Source: Octopus bimaculoides
Lineage: Eukaryota
NCBI RefSeq assembly: GCF_001194135.2
Contig: NC_068993.1
Span: 16,294,745 to 16,331,593, forward strand
Reading direction: 5' to 3'
Length of the DNA: 36,849 bases
The translations under genes were made by a program, and so were the position numbers. Under the pieces are notes generated by a model that worked only from the letters and a program-made list of their open reading frames with translations, was not told the origin of the DNA and did no database searches. Numbering within the stretch: position 1 is the stretch's first letter; each line of letters begins with the position of its first letter. Of this stretch, positions 1 to 12,508 are shown in pieces.

Positions 1-260
1 AGAAACAATTCCTATCATAGTAGGTACCTTAGGTATAATAAAAAAATATTCAGACAAATACATAACAAAAACACCAGGACTTACAAATATATATAACATA
101 CAGAAAATTGCACTACTGGGTACTGCACACATTCTACGCAAAACACTTTCAATACAGTAAACATGAGAGCACCACAGCAAACCACAGCACATACCCAAGG
201 CGCACAGAGCTGCGCTCGGTAGTGAAGTGAAAGCACGTTATAAAAATAAAACTACTGAAC
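1..260 (+). mobile_element. 3' end of R4/Dong-like non-LTR retrotransposon (RLE-type ORF C-terminus plus 3' UTR)
   Basis: Frame 2..160 reads ETIPIIVGTLGIIKKYSDKYITKTPGLTNIYNIQKIALLGTAHILRKTLSIQ*. This matches the (V/I)P(V/I)xxGxLG...QKxALLGTAxILR C-terminus of R4-clade elements. A 100-bp UTR follows, then (AAT)n. A near-identical copy lies at 22204-22410 on the minus strand. Confidence 0.8.

Positions 261-308
<48 letters not shown>
261..308. repeat. (AAT)n microsatellite at the LINE 3' junction
   Basis: About 16 perfect AAT units. Confidence 0.95.
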
Positions 309-309
309 C

Positions 310-413
310 TCAAGTGAACTCCTAAAATACTAATTTATTATTTTGCTTGTGTAAACCCCAAAAATCTTATATGGGCCTCCATGTGTCATATGGACTCCAA
401 TTGAGAATCAATG
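310..413. mobile_element. Possible right end of a decayed hAT-like MITE
   Basis: 401-413 TTGAGAATCAATG reverse-complements to CATTGATTCTCAA, two mismatches from the common hAT terminus CAGTGGTTCTCAA. It is preceded by repeated ATATGG(A/G)C subterminal motifs. No partner end is visible. Confidence 0.35.
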
Positions 414-591
414 GCTTAAATAGTACAACTAGAACTTGTTTCGTCGTACAGAAGATCTCGATTATATTATCTATTTCCTTCTACATTTAAGGTTCTTAAA
501 CGCGCTATGTTCGAACACATGTCGTGACTAGGAAAGTAATAATGAAGATCAATTTTCCTCAAGGTGGGAGTGGCAATATCTTGATGTAGTC

Positions 592-803
592 AGGTGGAGC
601 TGGCAGAATCGGTAGCACGTACGGTAAAATGCTTAACGGCATTTCGTCCGTCTTCACGTTCTGAGTTCAAATGCCGTCGGGTCGACTTTGCCTTTCACAC
701 CTTCGGGGTCGATAAAACAAGAACCAGTTGAACACTGGGGTCGATGTAATTGACTTAACCTCTTCCCCGAAATTGTTGGACTTGTGCCAAAATTTGAAAT
801 CAA
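592..803 (+). mobile_element. tRNA-derived SINE family 1, near full length, tail type A
   Basis: Head GAGCTGGCAGAATCGGTAGC (A-box-like), GAGTTCAAAT (B-box), core GACTTTGCCTTTCA...GGGGTCGATAAAA and tail CTTGTGCCAAAATTTGAAA. The same layout recurs many times in the window. Confidence 0.9.
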
Positions 804-1090
804 TATTTTAATGTGTGGATTTCGTCAGAAATTAATAAAGCTAGCAATAAAATTTTGATTAAACTTCTTTTGAATTCATGCATATTGTTGATGATGTTTA
901 GTTCAGATCAGCTCTGACTGGTTCAAAGCGTGATCAAAGACGACATTCTGTATCCATTTCACGTTTTAAAAGTCTACTTTATCGAGAAAAGATTATCCTA
1001 TATTACTTCCCTTCTTAAAGCGATAGGGTGTTACTTGAAGGAAATTTGGTGGTAATAACAGCAACAAGAATTCCATCATCAACAACTCCA

Positions 1091-1240
1091 CCATCTTTTT
1101 GGAGCGGTAGGTGTTGAGTGTTCTGGTAGTAAAAGTGTTTCCTGAATTATTGCTATATGAATGTTATGAGAGATAATAAAAGCTTTTAGTTCTATAAAGG
1201 TGTTTTTAAAGCCGTTTGTATTTCATTGATTTTTAGATTT
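1091..1240 (-). pseudogene. Decayed LINE ORF2 APE endonuclease N-terminus (probably I/Jockey-like)
   Basis: Minus strand reads Q*NTNGFKNTFIELKAFIISHNIHIAIIQETLL. This resembles APE motifs I-II (QWNxNG...D(I/V)xxIQET), with Trp TGG apparently mutated to TGA. Confidence 0.5.
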
Positions 1241-1759
1241 GGGTTTTTAGTAATTTATTGTTATGGGTGAAACGTTTACTTTTAAACCTATTTTGAGCGA
1301 AGTTTAGAAGTGGATATCTCTTTATCGTGTCGATGTTATTTTTCCTGTATAGTCGTGTATTTTTCTGGACAATTCATAAATTCTGCTGTTCGATCGCATA
1401 TATATGGATGTTATGCAAATTTTGTAAGAAAACTTACCTTTCTGGGAGTCTTAGAACCCATTTTCTTCACTTATAGTTATTGATATTCTCCAACGGTTTC
1501 GTACACATGAGGATATTTCTGTGTTGGGTAAACACCGTTTGACCAGCTTTATAGCAGTGTCCATTTCTTCTCAGGCATATAGTATTCAGTATTAATTTAT
1601 CCTATATGTTTAGCCAATTTTTTACACGTTTTAGGCGTTTCAGGAACACATCAGTATACAGGTTTCTCCTCCAGACAGTAAAGCAGTAAAGTGCTGTATA
1701 ATCTAATTGGCAGTAGTAGCAACAATAACAAAAAATACAGTAGTCACAGCAGACCCCAT

Positions 1760-1981
1760 GTTACAAAAACAACTTCAATTAACATATCAACTCTGCAAGC
1801 ACCATCAAACGTTGCTATGAAAACATTTCTCAAAAACCTAGAAGGGTTTATCTTTGACATCACTAACATAAATAAAGCAAGAGTCCGACCGGGTCCTGAT
1901 TTGTGTATTACGTGCCCCCACCGCAACCGTGGATTTTATGTCAATATTGACGTAACCTACCTGAAGACCCACAAAGAGTAA
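1760..1981 (+). mobile_element. Possible highly decayed Penelope-like 3' coding remnant
   Basis: ORF 1691..1981 contains APSNVAMKTFLKNLEGFIF...PDLCITCPHRNR, weakly like the PLE C-terminal EKxxI...ELxSxCxHxN segment. Confidence 0.25.
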
Positions 1982-2071
1982 AGATGTTTCTCTGGTCATC
2001 TTTAGAGACATGATAGATGAACATCACATATATCCCTCAACAAAGCATAGAGAATATACAAGGACTTCAAA

Positions 2072-2285
2072 GCGATGAGCTGGCAAAAGCGTTAGCACAT
2101 CAGGCAAAAAGCTGAGCGGTATTTCGTCCGTCTTTACGTTCACAATTCAAATACCGCCGAGGTTGACTTTGCCTTTCATCCTTTCGGAGTCGATAAAATA
2201 AGTACCAGTTGAGCACTGGAGTTGATATAATTGATTTACCTCTCACTCCGAAATTGCTAGCTTTGTGCCAAAATTTGAAACCAAT
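2072..2285 (+). mobile_element. SINE family 1, full length, tail type A
   Basis: Same head, core and tail as 592-803. Confidence 0.9.
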
Positions 2286-3035
2286 CTACAATGGCTTCAG
2301 TAGCATTAATTTTCTTTTCATACCATGCTATCATTGATATATTGATATCAGCTATCCACTCATATGAAAACTATTGAACTCAACATTAAAGAACAACAAA
2401 AAATAACAACACAAAAACCTGATTATGCAACTACGTGTCAGTTGGTACAATATATTCAGAAGACTGTTACGCTGCAGCCCATATGATTAATCTTTGTATA
2501 TCTGATTGTCGAACATATTTATCACACCATTAGATTATCAAATAGCTGGAGACATAGTATAAACTGGGATAAAGGAGTTATGGAATTGTGTTCAGAGGAC
2601 TGCTTGCTGTCAAGGAGTTTCTCAGTCATGCCTGCCGCGGAGTTATACAGCAACGACTCTACTACCAACTCCATCAACAACAACTCTGCCATGAACATCA
2701 CCAACCACACCACCAACTGATGATGGCGGTGTGGTGGTGTGGCTGGTGATTAAAAACAATTAAAATTTCCGCCATCAACAACTCTAGCATCAAACAAAGG
2801 CCTCACCACCTTCAGCACCAATACCGATAAACCAACACAATCGTTCACTCAGTGAGGAATACAGTCAATTCTCTCTCAAATTACACCCCCAAGTTGTTCT
2901 TTAAAAGGTGCATTGGATAACCTAACCCTAAATACACTGTCTCAATAAACAATATGATTGTCAAGACTGGAGATCCTTTTGCCACAGGTTTACATAACTA
3001 AAGCTAATCTGGGCCTATACAACGACAGAAGCAAA

Positions 3036-3301
3036 AGAGCTACAGTACTATCATTTCAGTACTATCACTACAGTACTATCACTACAGAGCTACAGTACTA
3101 TCACTACAGAGCTACAGTACTATCACTACAGAGCTACAGTACTATCACTACAGAGTTACAGTACTATCACTACAGAGTTACAGTACTATCACTACATAGC
3201 TACAGTACTATCACTACAGAGCTACAGTACTATCACTACAGAGCTTCAGTACTATCACTACAGAGCTACAGTACTATCACTACAGAGCTACAGTACTATC
3301 A
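3036..3301. repeat. 22-bp minisatellite (CTACAGAGCTACAGTACTATCA)n, about 12 units
   Basis: Tandem units are directly visible; they explain the 22-aa periodicity of ORF 2958..3377. Confidence 0.92.
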
Positions 3302-3339
3302 TTTCCACCACCACAAAATACCCGCAACAACAGCTAAAA

Positions 3340-4090
3340 TACACTCACCTGAATTTCATCAAAACAATTTATTCTGATTGAACTCACTATGTCATTTGAA
3401 AGCAGAATGGAGAGAGACTACATCTACAAAACTGATAAATATGATAGTTTAACCAACATGTTTAGAGATTCTGGCCTCTAAAGTCCTCAAGTGATTCGTG
3501 GGCAAATCTGCCTATAAGCTCATGAAACAGTTCTCAGTTTCTGGAGGAGAAAGAAAACTTAAGTTCTGAAGGCAACAGCAGAAGCTAAAAAGAGTTCCAA
3601 TTGGATCTGGTCAAGGAGGAATGGAAGCAAGTTTCAAAAGATATAATTTAACCTACAGTCAACTATCATATTTAAAGAATCTAGCTTTCAAACCAAAGTT
3701 CTCACCATAGAGTTGAGTGCCAGGGGGATTGTGGGGGAAATTCGCCTGTAATTTCATGAAACGGTTCTCAGTTTTTGGAAGAACGAACGCCAGAGCTCTT
3801 AAAGCAACGACAGAAGTTGGGAAGAGTTCCAACTGGGTCCGGTCAAGAAGGGGTGGAATTAGATTTCAAAAGGCATAATTTAACCTACAGTCAACTGGCG
3901 TCTTAGACTAAAGTGGTTACAACAGACAAAGTACCATGAATCTGAGGCACCTTGACCATCCGGTAGTGTCACAATGCAAACACTAGCAAGGAATGTGTGC
4001 AGAGGGATACCCACGTGCCATGACAGGGACGCGGTTCGCTCCCCTGAAGGTTTAAAAGTTAAGGGCCGAAACAGTTGTATTGGGGTGGCT
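3340..4090 (+). mobile_element. 3' remnant of HERO/NeSL-like RLE non-LTR retrotransposon with duplicated C-terminus and 3' UTR
   Basis: Translated pieces are SKQFILIELTMSFESRMERDYIYKTDKYDSL (RLE ELT(V)P...K..KY motif), TKVLTIELSARGIVG (VEVGARGF motif) and NWIWSRRN / SSNWVRSRR (HERO-type C-terminus). Stops and frameshifts are present. Confidence 0.6.
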
Positions 4091-5090
4091 TCTTCTCTGA
4101 AAAAGCCTTCTGTTTAGCTCTCCCGACAGTTTCTCCCTATCAAAGTAATACTGTCACCAACAAAATCACCATCAACATCAGGAAATAACGAAGTAAACAC
4201 TAAACAAACACCATCATCACCATCATCATCACAACTGCAGCTATACAACTACAACTTTACTTCAATGCCATAAATATCACCAGACCTCAATTCGACGCCA
4301 CCACCAGCACCTCTACCATACTATCACCTCCAGCTTCTACATCGCTGCTGTCGCCACATTATCGTTACCGACTTAGCAATATACATATATATATATATAN
4401 NNNNNNNNNNNNNNNNNNNNNNNNNNNNNNNNNNNNNNNNNNNNNNNNNNNNNNNNNNNNNNNNNNNNNNNNNNNNNNNNNNNNNNNNNNNNNNNNNNNN
4501 NNNNNNNNNNNNNNNNNNNNNNNNNNNNNNNNNNNNNNNNNNNNNNNNNNNNNNNNNNNNNNNNNNNNNNNNNNNNTATATACTAATATATAGTAATATA
4601 TATAGTATTCTATTATATTACATTATATTACCTTATTGTTATAGTGTGTGTGTGTGTATGTGTGTGGGTGTGTTAGCACAAATTTCAGGAACCAACTTTT
4701 CACTGTATTTTTGTTTTCGTTATTTCATCGTTCTTTGTTAGATATTTTTTTTTTTTCGCTTTCTCTATGTCTCTTATTTCATCAAGAAATTAAAGGTAAC
4801 AAGAAGGGGCAGCAACAAAAACAACAACAAAAATAATAATAATGCTAAAAAAAAACTAGATGAATTCAAATGATCTAATCAAGAATCTTTCTTATACAAC
4901 TTTCTTTTTTTCTTCATTTTTGTTTTTCCAGTAGAATTGGCATTATGCTCAATACGTCATAAAGTTGACAAGACAACTAATAAACACAGTAGCTATTTGG
5001 CAAACCTGTTAATGGCGAAAATTCAACTCCATTTTTCCACAAAGAATTCTTTAACTAGTTAATAAGCATTTTCCTTTTCTCCTTTTTTCT

Positions 5091-5447
<357 letters not shown>

Positions 5448-5838
5448 GGAGAATGCTGGTGTCTTTTAAGAGACAATGCTAGAATTGACAGGCCTTGTAA
5501 AATCTAAAATGTATACCCGCTTAATTGTTAAATCCTTAGGGGTATGGTGATATAAACGTCAAATTTACTCATTCTTTCTTTCGTTTTCTTTTTGTTGTTG
5601 TTGTTGTTGTTGTTGTTGTTCTGTTACTTCTTGCTGATGTTGTTGTTGTTGATGTTGCCGCTGCTGCTGCTGCTGCAATTGATGTTTATGTTGCAATTGT
5701 TATATTTCCTGATAGCTAATTTTCTGTTTCGTAGGATAATATTTCTTGTAGCAAATAAACCTCCACCGACATACCCCCGCCTCTTATTTTTAGTTTATGG
5801 ACAACTTTTCAATAAGAATGAAGTTGAATATATATACG

Positions 5839-5877
<39 letters not shown>

Positions 5878-6669
5878 ATATGTATATATGCATGTATGTA
5901 TGTATGTATGTATGTATGTATTCGGTGCATATTTTATGTTGTGGAAATGAAAATTGCATTGAAAAGGCTAAAGAATAAAGGTGACAAAAATAGGAAGATG
6001 TGCTGTTTGGTGTTAAATTTGGCGTGGAATTTTTCTCCTATCAAGCAAAAATGTAAACTCATCCAATTTCCTTTTCGTTTATTTGTTGCTGTTGTTGCTA
6101 TTATTGTTTTTGTTGTTGTTGTTGTCGTTGTTATATTGTATTTGGTTGAGTGTTCTGCTAATTTTTTTTTTTTTTTTTGTATGGGGCTGGTGGGTTTTTG
6201 TTGGGTTGTTTGTTTTTTTGTAGAATATTATTATATTTGTGAATTCATTAACGTGAATTTTTCATTTCGGAGATTTTGCGATGTTTCGCAAACAAAAAAG
6301 TGTGTGATAAAATATGATTTATAACAACCAAATGCTAATACTTTGGTTTAATGAGGGTCATAGTTAGTGGAATTATTACAATAGTGACCTTCCGANNNNN
6401 NNNNNNNNNNNNNNNNNNNNNNNNNNNNNNNNNNNNNNNNNNNNNNNNNNNNNNNNNNNNNNNNNNNNNNNNNNNNNNNNNNNNNNNNNNNNNNNNNNNN
6501 NNNNNNNNNNNNNNNNNNNNNNNNNNNNNNNNNNNNNNNNNNNNNNNNNNNNNNNNNNNNNNNNNNNNNNNNNNNNNNNNNNNNNNNNNNNNNNNNNNNN
6601 NNNNNNNNNNNNNNNNNNNNNNNNNNNNNNNNNNNNNNNNNNNNNNNNNNNNNNNNNNNNNNNNNNNNN

Positions 6670-6822
6670 TTTGGGGGAGGGGATAACTGGTACTTATTTT
6701 ATCGACCCCGAAAGGATTTAAAGGCAAAATCGATCTTGGCATAATTTTAACTCAGAACATAAAGACGAACGAAATGCCGTTAAGCATTTTGTCCGGTGTT
6801 CTAATGATTCTGAAAGCTCGCC
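6670..6822 (-). mobile_element. SINE family 1, internally deleted, tail type B, running into an assembly gap
   Basis: Reverse complement reads GGCGAGCTTTCAGAATCATTAG...GAGTTAAAATT...GGGGTCGATAAAATAAGTACCAGTT then ATCCCCTCCCCCAAA. Confidence 0.85.
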
Positions 6823-6827
6823 ATTTT

Positions 6828-6874
<47 letters not shown>

Positions 6875-6890
6875 TAATAATAATAATAAT

Positions 6891-8200
6891 AGTCAAAGAT
6901 CAGCTCCTAATCAATCGCATGATTCTTGAGAACTGTCGTGACAAACGCAGAAATCTCAGTCCCGCATGGATTGATTATAAAAAAAAGGCCTTTGGTAGCA
7001 TACCACATTCACGGATCTTGAAATCACTGGATATTTTCAAAATTTCTCCTGTGATTTCAAACTTCTTGAAGCACAACATGTCAGCGTGGAATATGTATCT
7101 CCAATTATACCACTCTGATGGAGTACTGACTAAAAACAGTGTTGATATCAACTGTGGCCTTTTCCAAGATGACTCACTTTCACCCTTAATGTTTTGCATA
7201 GCTGTAATACCCTTTACAAGCGAAGTTAACAGAACAGGGTATGCGTTTAAAATTGACAAGTAAATAAACCGTCTATTTTACATGGATGACTTAAAACTCT
7301 ATGGCAAAGATGATAATGAACTTGAAGGATTATTACATACTGTGAAAGCCTTCAGTGATGATATCGGGATGGAATTTAGTTTTGATAAATGTGCTAAGGT
7401 CACTTTCCAGAAAGGAAAATTGAAGACCTCTCATTCAGTGGTGTTTGATGTTGACACATTAATAAAACAACTTGAGCAGGAACAAACTTACAAATACATC
7501 GGAATAAATGAGGGCCCTGGCATTCAGCATGCAAGCACGAAAGACAAGATCAGGAAGGAATGTTACAAGAGAGTTCGAGCAGTCCTAAAATCCAAGTTAA
7601 ATGCACGTAACAAAGTGTTAGCCATAAATCCCTTAGCAATTCCACTTGTTAGTTATAGTTTCAATGTGCTGAACCGGAATATGACCGAAATAAGGAAGAT
7701 TGACAGGAAAATCCGTAAGCTGCTGACTTGCTATAAGATGCACCACCCAAAGGCAGACGCAAATCGTCTTTATCCTTCCAGATCACAAGGAGTTCGAGGT
7801 TTGATCCAATATGAAATGAGGGACTGGCCGAATATCTTGAAACTTCTAACGATTGGATGCTAAAACTCGTAGAAAACTATGAGAGACGTAAGAAGCTTCA
7901 TTCTGTTATGAAGGAGAGCAAAACATTTGCTAGTGAGTTCATGCAGGTTGAACATTAAGTGCGGCAACTGTTGTTGCAAAGAAGGTGAAATCAATGGCAA
8001 AGCAAAAAGCGTTTGAACAATTGCTGATAGGTGAGAACAAAGACCGCTGCATGACAAATATGTGGCCCTTAGCAAACAAACTGATGTACACCAGAAGCAT
8101 ACCCATCAGTGGCTACAGAGCTCAGGGCGAAAGGCAGAGAGCGAAGACTTTATCTTAGTTGCTCAAGATCAGAGCTTATTGTCCTGGAACTACCAAATCA
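6891..8200 (+). pseudogene. 5'-truncated, inactivated R4/Dong-like reverse transcriptase ORF fragment
   Basis: Reads KDQLLINRMILEN...AWIDYKKKAFGSIPH...GLFQDDSLSPL...*INRLFYMDDLKLYGK...DIGMEFSFDKCAK...YKYIG, then after frameshifts RPLHDKY...HQWLQSSGRKAESEDFILVAQDQSL...WNYQ. These are R4-clade RT and post-RT motifs. There is an in-frame stop at 7261-7263 and a deletion/frameshift near 7815. The fragment begins immediately after (AAT)n at 6828-6890. Confidence 0.85.
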
Positions 8201-8537
8201 CGTTCTCACAGTCTTACAATGGGAGATTGTGAGGACGTGATATATATATTTTATATATCAAGCGTTAAACTATATAGATTTAAATGGAGTATATCTGAAT
8301 ACATGATGATCATCACGATTGGAATGTCATTGATCATAGAACTGCTGCTTCATCCAGGACTGACCTGGACAAAAGAACAGCAATGTAAAACAAAACGAAA
8401 TGCACCGAAATACTACAAGGAGTTTTGTGCCGCCTCACATATGTAATTTTATAAATATATAAATATCTAAACTATTATAGATGAGCATCAATTTTCTGAA
8501 CATCGTCAGTTATCGTTTCTCTTTATATATATATCCC

Positions 8538-8584
<47 letters not shown>

Positions 8585-9039
8585 NNNNNNNNNNNNNNNN
8601 NNNNNNNNNNNNNNNNNNNNNNNNNNNNNNNNNNNNNNNNNNNNNNNNNNNNNNNNNNNNNNNNNNNNNNNNNNNNNNNNNNNNNNNNNNNNNNNNNNNN
8701 NNNNNNNNNNNNNNNNNNNNNNNNNNNNNNNNNNNNNNNNNNNNNNNNNNNNNNNNNNNNNNNNNNNNNNNNNNNNNNNNNNNNNNNNNNNNNNNNNNNN
8801 NNNNNNNNNNNNNNNNNNNNNNNNNNNNNNNNNNNNNNNNNNNNNNNNNNNNNNNNNNNNNNNNNNNNNNNNNNNNNNNNNNNNNNNNNNNNNNNNNNNN
8901 NNNNNNNNNNNNNNNNNNNNNNNNNNNNNNNNNNNNNNNNNNNNNNNNNNNNNNNNNNNNNNNNNNNNNNNNNNNNNNNNNNNNNNNNNNNNNNNNNNNN
9001 NNNNNNNNNNNNNNNNNNNNNNNNNNNNNNNNNNNNATA

Positions 9040-9070
<31 letters not shown>

Positions 9071-10738
9071 GAAAAAGAAGATGCTGACATCCCTTTAAGA
9101 GGTATTTATATCTTTGAAATAATATATATGTATGTATATTTTATATATCAAGCCCAATCGTGCTTATCTGCATCGAGATGTGTGTGCGTATAGATATATA
9201 TATATACACACATATATATGATTTATGCTTGTTAATGAGCTTGCAAAGTGAAGATGACTATTTTAACCCAGCTGACTTTCAGCTCTTGTCAATTATCATA
9301 TAACTGTCTTCTTTCAGTTAAATGCATTGCAGAATCATAACAACTGGTATTATAAACAGACCTTTTTCTTTTTTTCAACACTAGAAAGTCAACATTTATT
9401 ATATGATTGACTGGGTTCTTTTACTTGTCGGAGATTTATTTCTAATTTATATTACTTCATATACCTTGAGTAGCTAGAAAGATCAGCCTAATCCAAGATA
9501 GACAAATTCGTTTAAAAAAGGAAGTTGAAATTTGAAGGGGCTTTTTATGCAAATTGATGATTCTTTCTTTGTGTCTGGTTCCAAATTTTTGCTTCTCTTC
9601 AACATGCTTAAATACATTAGATATTTAATTTTTATCCATAATTCCTTATCAATTGCAATACTTTCCTCGATAGACCCTGCTCAATTTAACATTGTCCCAA
9701 AGAAGAAAAAGTACCCATCATTTTCAAACGAAATCTGGACAAATTTTTCAAGGGAAAACAGATAAGCCACTGTACCTGGATACATCTGTCACAACTCCCT
9801 ATTTGAATGGGCCACGATACAACAAAACACGTTTTTAAACGACTTAACAGATCATATCAGGTATTGCTATTGTATTAGATGTGGCCTGGACATCATTCTT
9901 TGGCCGAAATATGTATAAATTACCTAATTTATCTATCAAGTACAATTTTTATATTGGTACAAAAATGAAGGATTCTTCTTGTCTTTCAGAATAGGTCTCT
10001 TTGCTGTATGCTCTCAACTTAACGGGTGTAACCTTTGGAATGACTGGCTAGGCTTGCCTGATAGTTAGACTGTGTCTCCACCCATGATGTTTGTGTCACC
10101 TCTGAGATCTCATAAGATGCGATCGAGACCCTAACCGCAAACACAAAACTCTGCCACTAAAGTGATGCATTTCTCATATTTTCACCTTGAACTGTTTCAT
10201 AATCTCTGTTTGTCCAGCTCCTTCGTTAATATTTCATACAGATATGTCATTTTGTGCAAGGTTAGTAATGCAACTTAAATGCAGAATAAGTAGTGCTGTC
10301 ATCTGTGAGTGAAGATGCAGAAATTCTGGATGAGATCACTTCAAAAGCAACCTGATTGAAAGAACGAAGTCACTGTCAACAACATAATATTAAATATTAG
10401 ATACTACACATGTATTGTATTCTATATTTAGTCAATGATTATTGTTTTTATGTATCTAAAAACACTTATCTTAAACAATANNNNNNNNNNNNNNNNNNNN
10501 NNNNNNNNNNNNNNNNNNNNNNNNNNNNNNNNNNNNNNNNNNNNNNNNNNNNNNNNNNNNNNNNNNNNNNNNNNNNNNNNNNNNNNNNNNNNNNNNNNNN
10601 NNNNNNNNNNNNNNNNNNNNNNNNNNNNNNNNNNNNNNNNNNNNNNNNNNNNNNNNNNNNNNNNNNNNNNNNNNNNNNNNNNNNNNNNNNNNNNNNNNNN
10701 NNNNNNNNNNNNNNNNNNNNNNNNNNNNNNNNNNNNNN

Positions 10739-10780
<42 letters not shown>

Positions 10781-10788
10781 CACATTCA

Positions 10789-10822
<34 letters not shown>

Positions 10823-11669
10823 CATATTCGTAACCGGAAATTGAAAGAATTTCGAATTCTTTCAAATATTGACGCTAAAAATGTAATAGAGAGAAAATCG
10901 AGAGATGAAGGAAGAGAAGAGAAAGAAATATACACGGGAGTGGGGAGAGGACAGAGAGGAGGAGGCGGCGATAATGGTTTTAGTGGCGTCACAGAAGATT
11001 GAGATATCTCAAAGACTGACTAGGTTTGTTTGTTTGTTTGTTTGCTTGTTTTATTTATGTCGTTTTTCTATTTTGTTTTGTGTTTTCCCCTCGTTGTATT
11101 ATTTCTTCTTTCTTTTATTTTATTTTTTTTATTATTTTACTGTTTTTATTATTTACTTATTAATTTATTTATTTATTTTACTTACTTTTCGAGATCGTTT
11201 TAAAGTTATTGGGAGACGTAAACCAAAACGACTTAATGGAAGTCGGCTAAAAGTATTATCAAGGAAGGAAGGAAAAATCTTAAACTTGCCTTCGTTTGGT
11301 ATAGTGGATATTTTATGTCTTATCAACGGAAAATGAAAAATATAATAGAATAAAATAGGCAGCAATAATTGTGAGAATCTACAAGTGACGAAAATTGAAA
11401 GAAATATATACAAAGACAAGACACTTTTCTTCTACTTGACCACTGAAGTAAGAAGAATCAACTTGTTTTATCATCGCTATTATTATCATCATTACCCTCC
11501 TTCTTTCTGTTCTTCTCTTTCTACTCCTGTTCTCCTCTCCTCCTCCTCTCCACCTTTCTCTCCTTTTCTTCCCTTCATCTTTTTTTTTATGTAAGCTCCC
11601 ATATAAATTGTAAGCTGTTCTTGTAATACCCACCTCATCAGTTGCCTCTATGGTAAATATAAGAAACCG

Positions 11670-11745
11670 TCGTCATCATCATCATCATCATCGCCATCAT
11701 CATCGTAATCATCATCGTAATCATCATCGTCATCATCATCGTTAT
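11670..11745. repeat. (CAT)n / (CGT)n low-complexity tract
   Basis: Directly visible. Confidence 0.9.
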
Positions 11746-11770
11746 CGTTTTTGTTGTTATTATTACGAAG

Positions 11771-11986
11771 ACGGCGAGCAGACAGAATCGCTAAGAGAGT
11801 CGGACGAATGCTTGGCGGCATTTCTTCCGGTTCTTTATGTTTCGGGTTCAAATTCCATCGAGTTCGACTTTACCTTTTATTCTTTCGAGGTCGATTAAAT
11901 AAGTACAAATTGAACACAAGGGTCCATCCAAATTGACTTAACCCCTTCCTTAAATCTGCTGGCTTTAAACCACACAATTTGAAACC
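11771..11986 (+). mobile_element. SINE family 1, diverged, tail type A, followed by (TTG)n 11988-12050
   Basis: GGCGAGCAGACAGAATCGCTAAG...GGGTTCAAATTCC...GAGGTCGATTAAATAAGTAC...AATTTGAAACC. Confidence 0.85.
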
Positions 11987-11987
11987 C

Positions 11988-12049
<62 letters not shown>

Positions 12050-12050
12050 G

Positions 12051-12292
12051 CACAAGGCCTGAAATTTATTGGGGCAGGGGNNNNNNNNNNNNNNNNNNNN
12101 NNNNNNNNNNNNNNNNNNNNNNNNNNNNNNNNNNNNNNNNNNNNNNNNNNNNNNNNNNNAAGCCGATAACAACGACCCCAGTGTTTCACTAGTACTTAAT
12201 TTATCGCCCCCGAAAGGATAAAATGTAAAGTCGACCTCGGCGGAATTTGAACCCAGAACGTGAAGACAGACGAAATATCACTAAGCATTTCG
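12051..12292 (-). mobile_element. SINE family 1, 5'-truncated, tail type B, split by gap 12081-12159
   Basis: 12051-12080 is the reverse complement of the tail AAATTTCAGGCCTTGTG. 12160-12292 is the reverse complement of core and B-box. Continuity across the gap is assumed. Confidence 0.75.
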
Positions 12293-12508
12293 AATCGTTA
12301 GCACGCCGGGCGAAATGCTTAGCGGTATTTCGTCTGCTTTTACGTTCTTGGTTCAAATTCCACCGAGGTCGACTTTGCCTTTCATCCTTTCGGGGTCGAT
12401 TAAATAAGTACGAGTTACGCACTGGGGTCGATGTAATCGACTTAATCCTTATGTCTGTCCTTGTTTGTCCCCTCTATGTTTAGCCCCTTGTGGGCAATGA
12501 AGAAATAA
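12292..12508 (+). mobile_element. SINE family 1, 5'-clipped, tail type C
   Basis: GAATCGTTAGCACGCCGGGCGAAATGCTTAGCGG...core...TTTGTCCCCTCTATGTTTAGCCCCTTGTGGGCAATGAAGAAATAA. Confidence 0.9.

Noticed and set aside
985-1060. Weak inverted similarity to 2860-2930 (TTATCC...TTAAAG...GGGTGT.A.TTGA)
   Set aside because: Probably an old dispersed repeat, but too degenerate to delimit or classify by eye.
2958-3377. 139-aa ORF with a 22-aa repeat
   Set aside because: Stop-free translation of the 22-bp minisatellite; the start is a non-ATG codon.
9480-10400. Stretch of complex, non-repetitive sequence that might be a DNA-transposon or gene remnant
   Set aside because: No recognisable motif in the frames I translated; needs tBLASTx or a Dfam search.
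11611-11646. Minus-strand CUGAUGA...GAAC-AGCU motif
   Set aside because: GAAA is incomplete, stem II is marginal, and there is no stem I.
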